From Mobula hypostoma (taxonomy: Eukaryota), in assembly GCF_963921235.1 (NCBI RefSeq), contig NC_086108.1, forward strand, positions 87,670,001 through 87,734,000: a DNA stretch of 64,000 bases, written 5' to 3'. Shown here piece by piece: positions 12,370-26,104 of the stretch. Made by a program: the position numbers and the translations under genes. Each line of letters opens with the position of its first letter. The stretch's first letter is position 1. The notes below the pieces were generated by a model that searched no databases, had not been told where the DNA came from, and was given only the letters and a program-made list of their open reading frames with translations.

Positions 12370-12730
12370 GATAAAGAGTCACACAGCACAGAAAAGGCCT
12401 TAAAGCACAACTTATCTATGCCAAGTAAGATTCCCATCTAAGCAAGTCCCAACTACCTGCTTTCGGCATATACACCTCAATCTTTTTTATCCATGTACCT
12501 GTCCAAGAACCTTCCAAATGTCATTGAATGTACCTGCCTCAAATGCTTCCTCTGGCAGCTCATTCCACTTACTCATCATCCACTGGGTGAAAAGGTTGCT
12601 CAAGTTCCTATTAATTCCACCTATCTTACCTTAAATCTATGCCCTGTAGTTCTCTATTTCTGAACTCTGGAAAAATAACTGCATAGGTTGACCCTGTTTA
12701 TGCCCCCTCATGATTGTATATGTCATTAGT
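12370..12730 (-). mobile_element. CR1 3' fragment
   Basis: cttcctctggcagctcattcc..atccactgggtgaaaa CR1 3' motifs. Confidence 0.6.
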
Positions 12731-13850
12731 ACATTTGCAAAAGATCACAAAATCTTGCAATGTCATTGACAGTGAACAGTTTCAGATATAGATCAGCTGG
12801 TAAATTGGCTAGAGCGAAAATGTACGGAATTTACTCTTGATAAGTGTATAGTGATGCACTTCAAGAGGTCAAGTAAGAATAGGATCTACATAATTAAAGA
12901 TAGGGATACAGTTGTATAAGAAATGAACTGTACAAATCCAAAGATACCTGAAGGTACTAACACTGACAGATGAGATGCTAAAGTCAACATATGGATTGCT
13001 GGGCTTCATTAGCTGTGGCATAAAGTATAAGAGCAGATATGCTATGGTATAGCTTATGAAATAACAGGTCAGACCATATTTGGAGATTTATACACTTTTG
13101 GTTGCCACAGTTTGGAAAGGGTGTGATTTCTTTAAAGGAGGTTCAGAGAAGTCATAGAAAGATGCAGCATGGAAACAGGCTTCTCAGCCCATCAAATCCA
13201 TACTGATAATCAAAAACCCATTTACACTAATTCTATACTCCCTACATTCTATCAGTTCATGCCCAATTCTATCATTCACTATTAACTTGCATGGTGGGGG
13301 AATCTACAGAGGCCTACTATTTATAAACCTACTGACCTACACATCTTTGGGATGTGGAGGGAAACTGGAACATGCAGAGGAAACCCATGTGGCCATTTAG
13401 AGAACACACAAACACCATCCAGACCGTGCCAATGGTTGAACTCAGGTTACTGGCTCCACGAGGCAGTGCCTCCACCAGCTGCACCACTCTAACAGATTCA
13501 CTGGGATGTTGCCTGGGATGGACTATCTCAGTTAGGAGACTGGTTAAGCTAGCTTTGCTTTCTTTAGAGTAGATATGGTGCAAATTTATAGATGGGGTAG
13601 ATAGTAGCAAACCTCTCTCCCTAGTAGAGACATCTATAACCAGAATGCATGTTTAAGGAGTTAAAAGTTTAGTAGGGATATAACAAAGGTGGTAATTGGG
13701 ATTTACAATGCATTGCCTGAGAAATGATGGAAGCACAGACTAACATTTACCTAGAGGAACACTTGACTTACCAGGGCATAGAAAGACCAAGAACTGGTAC
13801 ATAAACTTACTATAGGTATGGGCAGCCTTCTATGCAGTATGACTTCTGAC
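12730..13850 (+). mobile_element. Old CR1 3' fragment interrupted by a V-SINE (about 13150-13490, minus)
   Basis: Degenerate RT C-terminal DNA motifs; SINE with gagttcaacc B-box and gtttgtgtgttctc V-domain. Confidence 0.6.
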
Positions 13851-13894
13851 ACTATTATATAAACTTTCCTTCCAACCTTCAGTTCTTTACTTAC

Positions 13895-14191
13895 CAAGGC
13901 AAGTGGGCAGTGATTCCACTGGTATGGACTCCACTGAAAATGGCCCATGGCATTTTTTTCCCCTGAGGGAACAAGTAAGATGAACAAATAATGGTGGCAT
14001 CTCCTGATCAGGAAAGTCTTGCTCATTTAAAGAATCGCCCCCAAGAACACTGAATGAATCATCATCCCTATTTACTGTATTGGTATCTGAGAGCGAATCA
14101 GCATCCTGTAATTCTCTGTCAGATCTTTCCCTATATTCGACCTCCAAATCTGGATCACTCTCTGTCACTACACAGCATCCTGATGTACTCC
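13895..14191 (-). CDS. SZT2: SZT2 exon: (G)[21 protein letters not shown]...[10 protein letters not shown]...[10 protein letters not shown]...SLPTCL
   Basis: cag|GG..CTT G|gtaagt; several strongly SZT2-like motifs; 297 nt, phase 1 to 1. Confidence 0.96.
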
Positions 14192-14961
14192 CTGCGAAGA
14201 CATAATATTTAACATTTTAAAGCTAGATAGCAGTTCTTACTTGAAATAAGTATTGGCAATTGCTTGCTTTTAAGTATCAAGTTCAGGAATAGTGTATTAA
14301 GATTATATTTTTAGAGAAAGTCTGGCTTAAGGAATTAAAATTTATCACTATCATCTCAAGTTGGATATGAATTATAACTAATTATTTTAATGGATAACAT
14401 TTTTTGATGATCTTGAAAAACTTTATCTCAATTATGAGTAACTTTCAGCCAGTCCCTCTCACAAAACATCCAAATAAGTCTCACTCTGCCAACCTACAAG
14501 GATAGCTGCCACAGAAACACAAAATATCATGGCACAATAGGAAATGTTCACAACTTCAACTGAAGTTAAATTGTAGATATAGTTTGAATCACAGAATTGC
14601 AAGACCACAAATTCACTTATCTTCTTGAAAGGACACTCTTTATATATAAACAGCATGCCGTACCCATCTCACAAACAAGGACTGAATTTGCAAATCCATG
14701 CAATATGTGTGGTTATCGATTTTGAGAATATGAAAATTTATTGATCAAATATAGACACCAAATTACCAGAGACTCCCAGATCACTTTGCATCCAACCCAC
14801 ACTTTATCCAACCTGGAAATGATAGATACCAACAATGTGTGCAGTATTTGGAATAAACTTAATTCCCAAGTTCAATAATTTACTTAGTGAGAAACAAACA
14901 ACTAAATTGATGGTTAACAGGCAAGAAATCATAACACATTAAAAAATTCAAAACATCTCAC

Positions 14962-15043
14962 CTTCCTCCCCTGCCATCTCCAGCTCCGAAAGATCATTAT
15001 CCTCACTCTGTTTTCGTTGTCTTTCATCCTGATAATTCTCTTC
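14962..15043 (-). CDS. SZT2: SZT2 exon: EENYQDERQRKQSEDNDLSELEMAGEE
   Basis: tag|GAA..GAA G|gtgaga; 82 nt, phase 0 to 1; SE.E..GEEG motif. Confidence 0.88.
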
Positions 15044-16192
15044 CTATAAATTTCAGGATATGGTGTATTTTAGAAAAACTCCTTTACAGGAGTCACAGTT
15101 ACAGTTCTTGTCAAATCAGTCATAGATATCCACTTCTATACACAGAAGATATATGGCTATTGAATAAAAGCCACTATCCTGACTACCTTGATTTACAACC
15201 ATAGGATCATTACTTCAACTTGCTCAGTTGGCATTCCAATCCTGAAGACACTTTCACCTTAGAGCCAAGTTCACCAACCCTGCTAAGCCATTGAACTAGG
15301 TTCTAAACAGAAATTTCTCCACAGAGACCTATTGCAGAATGTTGAAGATGTCAGAGAATGATATTTTTATAGTATTAACTGCTGCACCACAGTGCTTTTG
15401 TTTGGAGCCATCAAAGTTATTCTTCTGAAGGTCCTCTGTTCATAAAGGGTATTTTACTGTGGGTTAAAGCAATTGCAGAGCAGACATCAAAATCTTAGCT
15501 TCCTGAAAATGTCATAAATGAGGAAGTATGCAAATAAGTGCTGTTTGTCTTTTTTAAATTCCAAAACAACTTAATATCACAATGTATAAAGTACTTCTGA
15601 AAATAAACAACACATATATACAGCTATTTAGATCTCTCAAGAGAATTAATCTAAATGTAAAATATCTCAAGGTTGTTCAGAAACTTTAGAGAAGGTTAAT
15701 TTCCCTTTCTCCTTTACTATTTAAAATCCTAAGCTCTAAAGAACACAAATGGTTGTTAAAAATGCTGGACTTGTGAGGTAGTGTTGCTTTCCAATGGATG
15801 AGTCATAATGTTAATTTATACATAACCATGTGGGATAAGTACAGTATAATTACCATGCCCATGAAACAAACCCCAGGATAAGTTAAAGCAAAACAGTGCA
15901 ATAGCTTCTATTTTAAGAGGTTAATCCTATCAGTAAGAATAAAATTCTTCCACTGAAGTCTCAGTTAACTTATGATCATGGAGCACAGCCAATGTGAACC
16001 TACTTGTTCTCAACAATGCAGCCTTTTTCGAGTCTCATTGTGATGACTGCAGTAGGAACCATACAATATGAGTTACTAACTGCGATGTTAATCTGCTGTT
16101 AGTATCATAATATGGAGCTTAGCACGAATTTTTTCAAAATCTCCAAACCAATGCCCTATTATTGTGCATGCTTGAGGTCACCACAGACTTGC

Positions 16193-16285
16193 CTCTTTCT
16201 TCGTTGTGGGAGAACAGTAAAAGAAGTAATAAGGGTTTGAAGGCACTGTCTTGAAATGCTGCCGTCCAATCTCAAGGAATTTGTC
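16193..16285 (-). CDS. SZT2: SZT2 exon: [31 protein letters not shown] (followed by GC donor)
   Basis: cag|GAC..GAG|gcaagt; KFLEI...HF.TVPSNP.YFFYC motif; 93 nt, phase 0 to 0. Confidence 0.93.
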
Positions 16286-17349
16286 CTGTAAAGACAAAAA
16301 TTTAAAATAAGGTATTGCCACATGCTGGAGATTTAAATGAAAAATATGAATTTATCTTGGCAGTTTTTAGTTTTAAAATCTACATTTTAAAACTAGTTTC
16401 ACATTGTGAAAAACCATCAAATGAGCCATGTCAGAAATAAATTAAAGTAAAAACTAATAAGTTACATGTTTGTCGTATCACTGTAACTGAACACTGACCA
16501 TTAGTTACTACAGATTTGCTGAATGAGATCACATGATAAAAGATTGTAGTAATTACCAAAAAAAAAGGGTGTACACATGAGATTTGTGAAAGTTTCAGAA
16601 CATAATGGAGCACCAGTAAGGAAAGAGAAAGCAGCATAAGTGAGCAGTCTACTAAAAAAAACATTAAAAGAGAATGGTGTGTAAAAGTAAAGATTAACTG
16701 AAGTTAGTTTCACAACAAGAGGATTTGAAAGGACAAGCTGCAGAAAAATTAGGAAGGCCAAGTATTCTATAAATGTGGGAGTCGAAGATAGTGTTGTTTA
16801 GAAGACCTGCGTAACATTGTACAGGAATCACTGAAAATTAACATGTATGTATAGCAAATATATAGAAAGGCAAATGGTAGATTGGCCTTTAGCACAAAAA
16901 GATTTCAGTGACAACGACTTATTGCAACTAGGTATGACCTGCTGTGATCACAAATGAAATACAAATCTAGTCTCCCCAACTAAGAAAGGACACACTTGTG
17001 ATTGATTCCTAGAAGGATGAGTTTGGTGAATGTGGCAAGATTAACTGTGCTAGGCCTGTATTTATTTAAAAGAGCAAGAGCTGATTTCACTGATATGTGC
17101 AGAATACTTCAAAGGTTTGATACAGGGATGACATTTCCTGTTGGTAGGTTATCAAGAGCCAGAATCAGCCTCAAGAATATAGGACAAGAACTGCTTCACA
17201 AGCAGGCAATGAACCTTTAAAATTCACTATGTAAGATAACTGTGAAGGCTCAGTCACAGAATAAATTCAATCAAGAGATTGCTATACAGGCTTATCCTAG
17301 GTTACAAACACCTAAAGGGTCAACCATATACATTAGTGAATAAATGATA

Positions 17350-19885
17350 ACAAGATATAGGAACAGAATTATGCCATTTGGCCCATTGAATCTACTCTGC
17401 CATTTCATCATGGCTATTCCAATTTTCCTCTCAGCCCCAGTCTCCTGCCTTCTCCCCATATCCCTTCATGCCCTGACCATTCAACCTCTGCCTTAAATAT
17501 ACATACAGACTTGGCCTCTGTAGCTGCCCATGGCAATGAATTCCACAGATTCACTACTCTCAGCCTAAAAAAATTCCTCATATCCATTCTAAAAGGACGC
17601 CCCTCTATTCTGAGCATGTGTCCTCTGCGCTTAGATTCCCCCACCATAGGAAATATCTTCTCCACATCCACTCTATCAAGGCCTTACACCATTCGATAGG
17701 TTTCAATGAGGTCACTCCTTATCCTTCTGAATTCCAGTGAATACAGGCCCAGAGCCATCAAACACTCTTCATATGACAAGCTGTTCAAATCTGGAACCAT
17801 TTTCATGAACCTCCTTTGAACCCTTTCCTGTTTCAGCACATCCTTTTTAAGGAGCTCAAAACAGCTCACAATACTCTTTGAAGCTCACCAGTGCTTTATT
17901 AAGTCTTAACATTATATCTTTGCTTTTATATTATAGTTCTCTTGAAATGAATGCCAACATTGCATTTGCCTTCCTCAACACAGACACAACCTGCAAGTTA
18001 ACCTTTAGAGAATCCTACACAAGAACTCCCAAGTTCCTTTGCGATTCAGTTTTTTGTATTTTTTCTCCATTTAGAAAATAGTCAACCCTTTCATTTCTTT
18101 TCCCAAATCCGTGACCATACACTTCCTGACACTGTATTCCATCTGCCACTTCTTTTCCCATCCTCCTAATCTGTCTAAGTCCTTCTGTAGCCTCTCTAGT
18201 TCCTCAAAACTACCTACCCCTCCACTTATCTTCATATCATCTGCAAACTTTGCAACAAAGCCATCAATTCCATCATTCAAATCACTGACGTGTAACATAT
18301 ATAAAAAAAAAATCGGTCCTAACACAGACCTGTGTGGAATACCACTGGTCACCGGCAGCCAACTAGAAAGGCTCCCTTTAATTCCACTTGTTGCCTCCTG
18401 CGAGTTAGCCACTCCTTTGCCCGTGCTAGAATCTTCCCTGTAATACCATGGGCTCGTAGCTTGTTAAGCAGCTTCATGGGTAGCACCTTGTCAAAGGCCT
18501 TTTGAAAATGCAAGTACACAACATCAACCAATTCTCCTCGTCTATCCTGCTTGTTATTTCTTCAAAGAATTCCAACAGATTTGTCAGGGAAGATTTTCCC
18601 TTGAGGAAACCATGCTAACTACAGCCTATATTATCATGTGCCTCCAAGTACCCTAAAACCACATCCTTAACAATCGATTCCAACATCTTTCCAACCACTG
18701 AGGTCAGACTAACTGGCCTATAATTTCCTTTTCTCTGCCTCTCTCCCTTCTTGAAGAGTGCAGTGACATTTGCAATTTTCCAATCATCTGGAACCATTTC
18801 AGAATCTAGTGATTCTTTAAAGATTACTACTAATGTGTCCACAATCTCGTCAGTCACCTCTTTCAGAACCATGGGGTGTACATCTTCTAGTCTAGGCAGC
18901 TTATCTACCTTCATTCAGGCCTTTCAGTTTCCCAAGAACCTTCTCCCTAGTAATGGTAACTTCATGCACTTCATGACCCCTGGCACCTGGAACTTGTACC
19001 ATAATGCTATTGTCTTTCACAGTGAAGACTGATACAAAATAGCTATTCAGTTCATCTGCCATTTCTTTGTCCCCCATTACTTCCTCACCAGCATCGTTTA
19101 CCAGCAGTCTGATATTCACTCTCACCTCTCTTTTACACTTTATGTATCTGGAGAAACTTTTGGTATCCTCTTTAATATTATTGGCTAGATTACTTCCGTA
19201 TTGCATCTTTACCTTCTTAATGACTTTTTAGTTGCCTTCTATTGGTATTTGAAAGCTTCCCAATCCTCGAGCTTCCCACTAATTTTTGCTACATTGGCTT
19301 TGGCTTTTACGCTGGCTTTGACTTCTCATAGACAAAGAAACATAGAAAACTGACAGCACAAAGTTGTGCTGAACATGTCCCTATCTTAGAAATTACTAGG
19401 GTTGCCCATAGACCTTTATTTTTCTAAGTTCCATGTACCTATCCAAAAGTCTCTTAAAAGACCCTATCGTATCCGCCTCCACCACCGTTGCCGGCAGCCC
19501 ATTCCACGCACTCACCACTCTCCGAGTAAAAAACATACCCCTGACATCTCCTCTGCACCTACTCCGCAGTACCTTAAACCTGTGTCCTCTTGTGGCAACC
19601 ATTTCAGCCCTGGAGAAAAGCCTCTGACTATCCACATCATCTTATACACCTCTATCAGGTCACCTCTCATCCTCTGTCACTCCAAGGAGAAAAGGCCGAG
19701 TTCACTCAACCTGTTTTCATAAGGCATTTTCTTGTTTTAGTCATGGTTGTGTCATCTTGACTTCAAAATACTTCTTCTTTGGGATCTATACATCCTGTGC
19801 CTTCTGAATTGCTTCCTGAAATTCCAGCCATTGCTGCTCTACCGTCATCCCTGTCAGTGTTTTTTTCCCAATCAATTCTGACTAA
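17350..19885 (-). mobile_element. CR1 LINE, 5'-truncated ORF2 (about 2.5 kb), with nested CR1 3' piece at 19328-19727
   Basis: NYRPVSLTSVVGK, FQKAFDKV and KFADD motifs; nested piece same family as 10686-11040 and 63715-64000. Confidence 0.92.
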
Positions 19886-19907
19886 CTTAATATTATTAAG
19901 TATTTTA

Positions 19908-20940
19908 CAGTGCAGTGGATTCCAGTTAATTGGGCCATTGGTTAATTGGGACAGTCATCTGGCACATATCTTAAAGAACAAATACTAATTGAGAAGATTG
20001 CCAGGATTCCCTTCATTTATTTGCGACACTACGCCACTTAATTGGGACAGGACACTGTTGCTGAACAGTTTCTAACTAGTGACAGTGGTATGCACTTGTG
20101 TGTAGCTATTAGACACTACACTGTGCTTAGAGCAAAAAGCTTTTAAATAGCACCAGTCACATGTGTTTGTGTTCCAAAAGCAGTGATTTTTGTCACTGAT
20201 AGTTGGCAAGAAATAAGCAGCAAGTCAATCCAGAACTGTTTTACTCACTACAGTTTCAAACATTCAGGCCTGGAGATGCCAGAAATGATTGAGAGTGAAA
20301 ATGAAACAATTTCCCTAACCCAACAAGTTAGGAATGACAAAGAATTTGAAGGTATTTACAATCATCTTGAATGTTGCAATGAAAATGGTTTGGTGGATGC
20401 AATCATTAAAAACATTATATAAAGACAGTCCATTATCTGCACTAGGAGTCTGCACTGACTTTGTTCATTTACAGTCAAACAAAACAACACTGCAGGGTAC
20501 TTTTTGATGAATTCCTTTGTCAATAACTATTATCGACTGTGGAGGCTGTGGTAGAACAAAGGACCCTACAGAAAGTCCTGGCAATTCTGAACAATGTTTC
20601 TTACCCTCTGGATGCCACCTTGGCTAAACAGAGGGACACTTTTAGTAATAGACTAAGACAACTGCACTGCTCCAAACAGTGCTGCATGAGGTCATTCTTA
20701 CCCTCGGCCATTAGGCTCGATAATGAATCAACCTATAGACGGAGAAGTGACGATCCCTTCCTCTTAGATTATTTGAGGCAACTTATTTTTTTGTTCTTTT
20801 TTACTTTTCTTGTATTTATATATCTGTACACTTGTAATGCTACTGTGACACTGTAATTTCCTTTGGGATCAATAAAGTGTCTATCTATTAGGAACTAATA
20901 CACAGTTTTATAATACTGTAATAGTATTGATAGCTTTCTA
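19908..20940 (+). mobile_element. Tigger/pogo-like DNA transposon derivative, interrupted by a Rex 3' piece
   Basis: Starts ta|cagt..gattccagttaattggg; remnant AVIFVTDSWQEISSKSIQNCF resembles the Tigger C-terminal W..V....I.NCF; right end not seen. Confidence 0.55.
20537..20888 (+). mobile_element. Rex-Babar LINE 3' end
   Basis: RSFLPSAIRL motif; tail ttcctttgggatcaataaagtgtctatctat; same family as 46780-47412 and 25785-25870. Confidence 0.85.
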
Positions 20941-20941
20941 A

Positions 20942-21490
20942 CTTCTCACAGCCTCAGTGTTCTTTGACCAGTCCAGCTTATTGTCAATTCATATCCCCAG
21001 GTATTTGTAATCCTCCACCATGTCTACACTGACCCCCTGGATGGAAGCAGGGGTCACCGGTACCTTAGCTCTCCTCAGGTCTACCACCAGCTCCTTAGTC
21101 TTTTTCACATTAAGCTGCAGATAATTCTGCTCACACCATGTGACAAAGTTTCCTACTGTAGCCCTGTACTCAACCTCATCTCCCTTGCTGATGCATCCAA
21201 CTATGGTAGAGTCATCCAAAAACTTCTGAAGATGACAAGACTCTGTGCAGTAGTTGAAGTCTGAGGTGTAAATGGTGAAGAGAAAGAGAGACAAGACAGT
21301 CCCCTGTGGAGCCCCAGTGCTGCTGATCACTCTGTCGGACACAAAGTGTTGCAAGCAGACGTACTGTGGTCTGCCAGCCAGGTAATCAAGAATCCATGAT
21401 ACCAGGGAAGCATCCACCTGCATTGCTGTCAGCTTCTCCCCCAGCACAGCAGGGCAGATGGTGTTGAACGCACTGGAGAAGTCAAAAAAC
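20942..21490 (-). mobile_element. Rex-Babar RT fragment
   Basis: STGAPQGTVLS..LFTIYTSD, LQKF.DDS, LQLNVKKTKELVVDLRR. Confidence 0.9.
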
Positions 21491-21693
21491 TCATCCTTTC
21501 ATTTATGATATCAAGTCTTAGCCGTGACATACAGTATGCATTTCTTTAATCATACTACTGTCCTTCTTTCTTTTACCATCAAAATTCTCTCATGGTCTCC
21601 CTGTCCTTAAGACTGGTTGCCCTGACCCCCACATTTCTTTATAACCATGCTCTCTAAAGCCATTGAAGTTGCTGTTATCTCTCAATGCATTAC

Positions 21694-21868
21694 CTGGATG
21701 ATTTTGTGCAAGTTGGGGTAGACCTCACACGGCTGGCTGGATTGAAGAAGGGAGAGGGAGAATTCTGAGTGGACCTTCTTCATTTTCACTTCCTCTCGTG
21801 GAGAAGGAGATGCAGCACTGGACTGTACACTCCTCAAATCCTGTTCACCAAGATCTTCTGTTTCTATG
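21694..21868 (-). CDS. SZT2: SZT2 exon: (S)IETEDLGEQDLRSVQ...PNLHKIIQ
   Basis: cag|C..CAG|gtaatg; SIETEDL motif; 175 nt, phase 2 to 0. Confidence 0.92.
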
Positions 21869-22819
21869 CTGATAGAAGAACAGAAAACAATCAAGTGACC
21901 CAAGGAAATGTAATTTAACAACATTATGATCACTTCTGCTTTGATGCTCCTCGACAGAGTTTAGATACAATTGTAGTCAGCACTAAGTATATAGGTAATT
22001 TCCAATATTAGCAGAAAGGTTCTGGTGGTATATATTGGCTTTAAGATCTTCCCCCTCACCTCATACCACTTCCAATGGCAACTTCACTAACCTTGCTTGG
22101 GAACTTCCAAAACTATATTGTTTGATACCACTATGAACGGAGATGCAGCCAACTAGAACTCCAATTGTTCTGAAAGGAAGTCATTAAATTCCATTCTTCC
22201 TGTTCCTCTGTGCATGTAACATTTTCCTTTTACATACAGTTACCTTTTCTTTGGTTAAAGATTTTGGATTTTCCTTCCGCAAGTTATTGTTCTTTTTTAA
22301 GTGATGTTAAACTGATGCCGACTGGACAGAGCAGTGCAACAGATATACAGTAAATACAAGATGCTCTATAATGTTTCTTGCTCTAAGAAAATCACAAATT
22401 CTCTTTTATAAGTCTTGGTTGTAACTAAAGCTTTGGGGACCTCTTGATTAATTAAGATCAAAATAAAACTCTGATCACACTATCACTTTCTTAATATCGG
22501 ATGAAAAATTTCAATTGTTGCCTTATCAATAAGTTATTGAAATGCTCAATCAATACCTACCATGAAACACCAGAACTCAAATAAGAAAAAAAAGAGTAAG
22601 ATGGCTTGGATATTATGAATGAAGATAAATTATTTTGTAGCATTACTGGTTAAAATGTAAATGGTATGATGATAAAAGAGCATGATATTACAAATCTGTC
22701 ATTGTAACTTGTGACATGGAATACACAAGCGTAATCCTATCCATAAAGTAATAACACCTTGATGGCATTATGGATTGAACTTAAAATACAAGGCCAGGTG
22801 ATAGCACAAAACATTTTAC

Positions 22820-23081
22820 CTTGAAGTGGAAACTAGAACACCCCTCTGCACCCTCTCATCCTCAACATTATTTCCTCCAATCACAAACTTTGTAGGAATA
22901 GATTCACGATCTCTCCAAAGCTGCATGTCGTGACTTTCACGGAATGCTCGGATGTGTCCGCAGAGTGTCTGCAGAAAAGTGGTGATATCGATTTCCTGCA
23001 ACAGCTCCTCACAATAATCTGTAGCCGTAAGTAGATCCTGAGAGCTGATGTAATAGGATTGCTGTAAGCTCCTAAATACAG
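22820..23081 (-). CDS. SZT2: SZT2 exon: (A)[42 protein letters not shown]...STS
   Basis: aag|CT..TCA AG|gtaaaa; FRSLQQ, SQDLLTA and [11 protein letters not shown] motifs; 262 nt, phase 1 to 2. Confidence 0.95.
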
Positions 23082-24412
23082 CTTTAAGACAAAAAAGAAA
23101 ATACACCTTAATGCATTATGATCAAAGCAAAGAATTTCATGCAGGCCAAAGGGAAATACAATGTACATTAAAGAATAAACCTCAATTTTGTGAATGGATC
23201 TCTTTCTCTTCCTTTAAACAATTAATCCTGTAACAGTTAAATCACAATTTAAATTCCATCAACTCTATTAACATTACTCAACAATTCCACGTGAATCCAT
23301 AGTACATAAAGCATGGTTTGCATTGGACAAATAGACCGAATATAGAGCTGGGGAAGGGGTAAACTGTAGACATACTTGAAACCAATGATGAGAACGTTTT
23401 TTCCAACAAAGCATAGAATTAAATACACCATAATGGATGGAAAAATTCAAACCTGAGATAATTTAAAAAATAGGTTTAAATGAGAAAATAACTTAATCCC
23501 ACGTGTTTATTGAAGTAAATTCTATATGTCCTCACCATTGCCAATATTTACTTCTAAATATCTAATTATATTGACGTGCAAAATGTTACATTACCATTAG
23601 AAATTTTTCTCAGCTAATTGTTTTAATCAAAACTGCCGATGTATTCACTGGCTGTGCTTTCTTATAAAATTGTTATTCAATGAAGTTATGCTGTTTGGAT
23701 AATAGATGTGTAGGTCTGCTTTAAATCTCTCAGTGATGAAGTAGCTTGTTGACCATGATTAAAGTAGTAAATAGAGGGAAAGCCAAGAGCAAATTAAGTG
23801 TATTTATAATTTCAATGAGAGGAAGCATAATAGAAAAATAAACTGTTTTTTGCAATTTTTCTATCTGACAAATGATTTCATTAAGTGCATTCAGCAATGT
23901 TTAAAACCGTAGTTAACTAAAATAAGTGAGGATTTAAATTGTCCAAACCACTTATAACTGCTGCTTTGATGCATTTTCTTTCTCGAAAATGAAATTTATT
24001 GAGAATAATTTTTTTTTGAAGTTGGGCACAAAACAGGAATATTATCCATCAAGTTTAGATAACGTTTGCAATGTCTCAATCAATTTACAGTGTTTAATTT
24101 TTCAGAAGCAGCCAGCAATGACTTTTATATGAATAGAAACATGAACAATAACACTTTTAATGAGGAGTAATGGGGGGTGGTGGGAAGAGGGAGAGATTTT
24201 GCCATATTTCCAAAGTAACCAGGCACCTGGTCATAAACCTAGACAACTTTCAAGAATCCACTGGATATGTTGATCAGTGATGGCTGCCTGCCAATATTCA
24301 TTAGAGGAGCAACATTAAAGAAATAGGCTACCCAGCACATCAAATGTTGATATGAATAATGGGATTATTAGGGAATAATATCTCTTCCACAAACCCTAGT
24401 GATTGATTTTAC

Positions 24413-24540
24413 CTTTTACGTAACATTGATGATAGTGCTCTTGCAATAAATTGCAATAGTTGGACAGCTCTTTGTTCCTGTGGAATTGGAATACTGGATC
24501 CGTTAACGATGAGCCTGTTGACTTCTCCTGTGACAACGAC
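24413..24540 (-). CDS. SZT2: SZT2 exon: (R)SLSQEKSTGSSLTDPVFQFHRNKELSNYCNLLQEHYHQCYVK
   Basis: aag|G..AAA G|gtaaaa; C.LLQEH...CYV motif; 128 nt, phase 2 to 1. Confidence 0.9.
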
Positions 24541-26104
24541 CTTAAATCAATGTTGAAACAATTGATAGCAATTAAAAACTGTATATAACTGTCCAATAAC
24601 ATGTGGATTTAATGCTGGTCATATGATCAAAGCAATATAATAAACCATGTCTAATGAAAGGTCATTGACTTAAATGTTATGTCTGTTTTTCCCTTGACAG
24701 ATGCTGTCTGACCTATATGGTTCTAACAGCTGAAAAGATAGGTTTGCTCTCTCATTAGGACAGCCACTGTATTGTCCTCATTTTTTATTTGTAGGATTAA
24801 TTATTCTGTAATACTCTTTTGGGATTTTAATTAAGCAGGTCTTGTAGTGCTATGTACAGAAATAAACATATTTAGCCAAGTCAGGACTAAAACAATGCTG
24901 TCATATCCCGTGAAAGATCATGCAGATTAAGATCATCAACAAGAAAAAAAAGGAGCTACTATTGAAACATTTCTGGAACAAGAACTGATTTAAAAGAATT
25001 TGAGAACATTAAGACATCAGGATAGGACAAGTTATTGGGTTTAATACTTTAGAGTCGCATGGTACACATTAACTTCTTATTGCAGGTTATAAAACATTTT
25101 GTTGGGTTCATAAAATGTGTCAAAACTCAAAGCAAGGAATGTTTTATTCCCATTCTGTAATAAAAGAAATTCAGTGATTGCCTGACAGTTGTAAAACATT
25201 CTGTTGCATGTAGGGGGTCATGCAACCTTGCTGGGCACATTAGTGCTGTGGGAGGAAGGGATAAAGAGGCGGGGGGGGGGGGAGGACTGACTCCACTGGG
25301 AGATGGCACTGTTGACAAGGCTTTGCCTTCTTTTCACTCAGCAATTTCTTGCATCCCAAGAAACTCATGGAGAAAAGATCTCTTCTAAACTTAATCATCT
25401 GTCATAAGGCCCTCATTTGCATCCAATTATCATCAAAAATGAGATTTTCAAAGCCTGGAGGCTGGCATTGACTCTGGCACATCAAATATCCTGGGGCTAA
25501 ATGTGCTTCAATGAAACAAGAATCCTAGCTTTCACTTGGACTTCTTTAGCCCGCCACTAAGTTTCACTCTGCTACTAAAATATCCTTTTGTGCCTATTAA
25601 ATTTCCTCAAACATGACCACATAACTAATTAAGATCATCAGTTCATATAATCTTAATACCAGAGGTTGCAATGGTTCTATTTACTGTATTAGAAATAATT
25701 AACCCAGATCAGAACACAATTGAGCCTACAGGTATCTATAAATAATCAAACATCTTCCCATCCTTTATGTTCTCTAATATTTGTACATTTGTATATCTAT
25801 GAACTTTGTAATGCTACTGTGACACTGTAATTTCCTTTGGGATCAATAATGTATCTACCATCTATCTATATAGTCTGCATATAAACTACTTATTTCTTTT
25901 GGTTGCAACAACAATATGGGTACAATAAAAACAGTGCCAAAACCAATCAAGTCACAAAGATGCTTCAATGTAAGTCACTTTCAATCCATCATAGCAGCTG
26001 GAGGGAATTGGATGAAAATGTGTTTCCTTCTGCTGATATTGCTCAGCAGCTGGGTGCTGATTTTTGCTTCAGATGTCTCCTATCACAGAACTTCTTGGTA
26101 GATG

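Noticed and set aside
20537..21490. Opposed Rex fragments as a twin-priming inversion
   Set aside because: They are tail-to-tail, separated by Tigger-like DNA, and not contiguous in element coordinates
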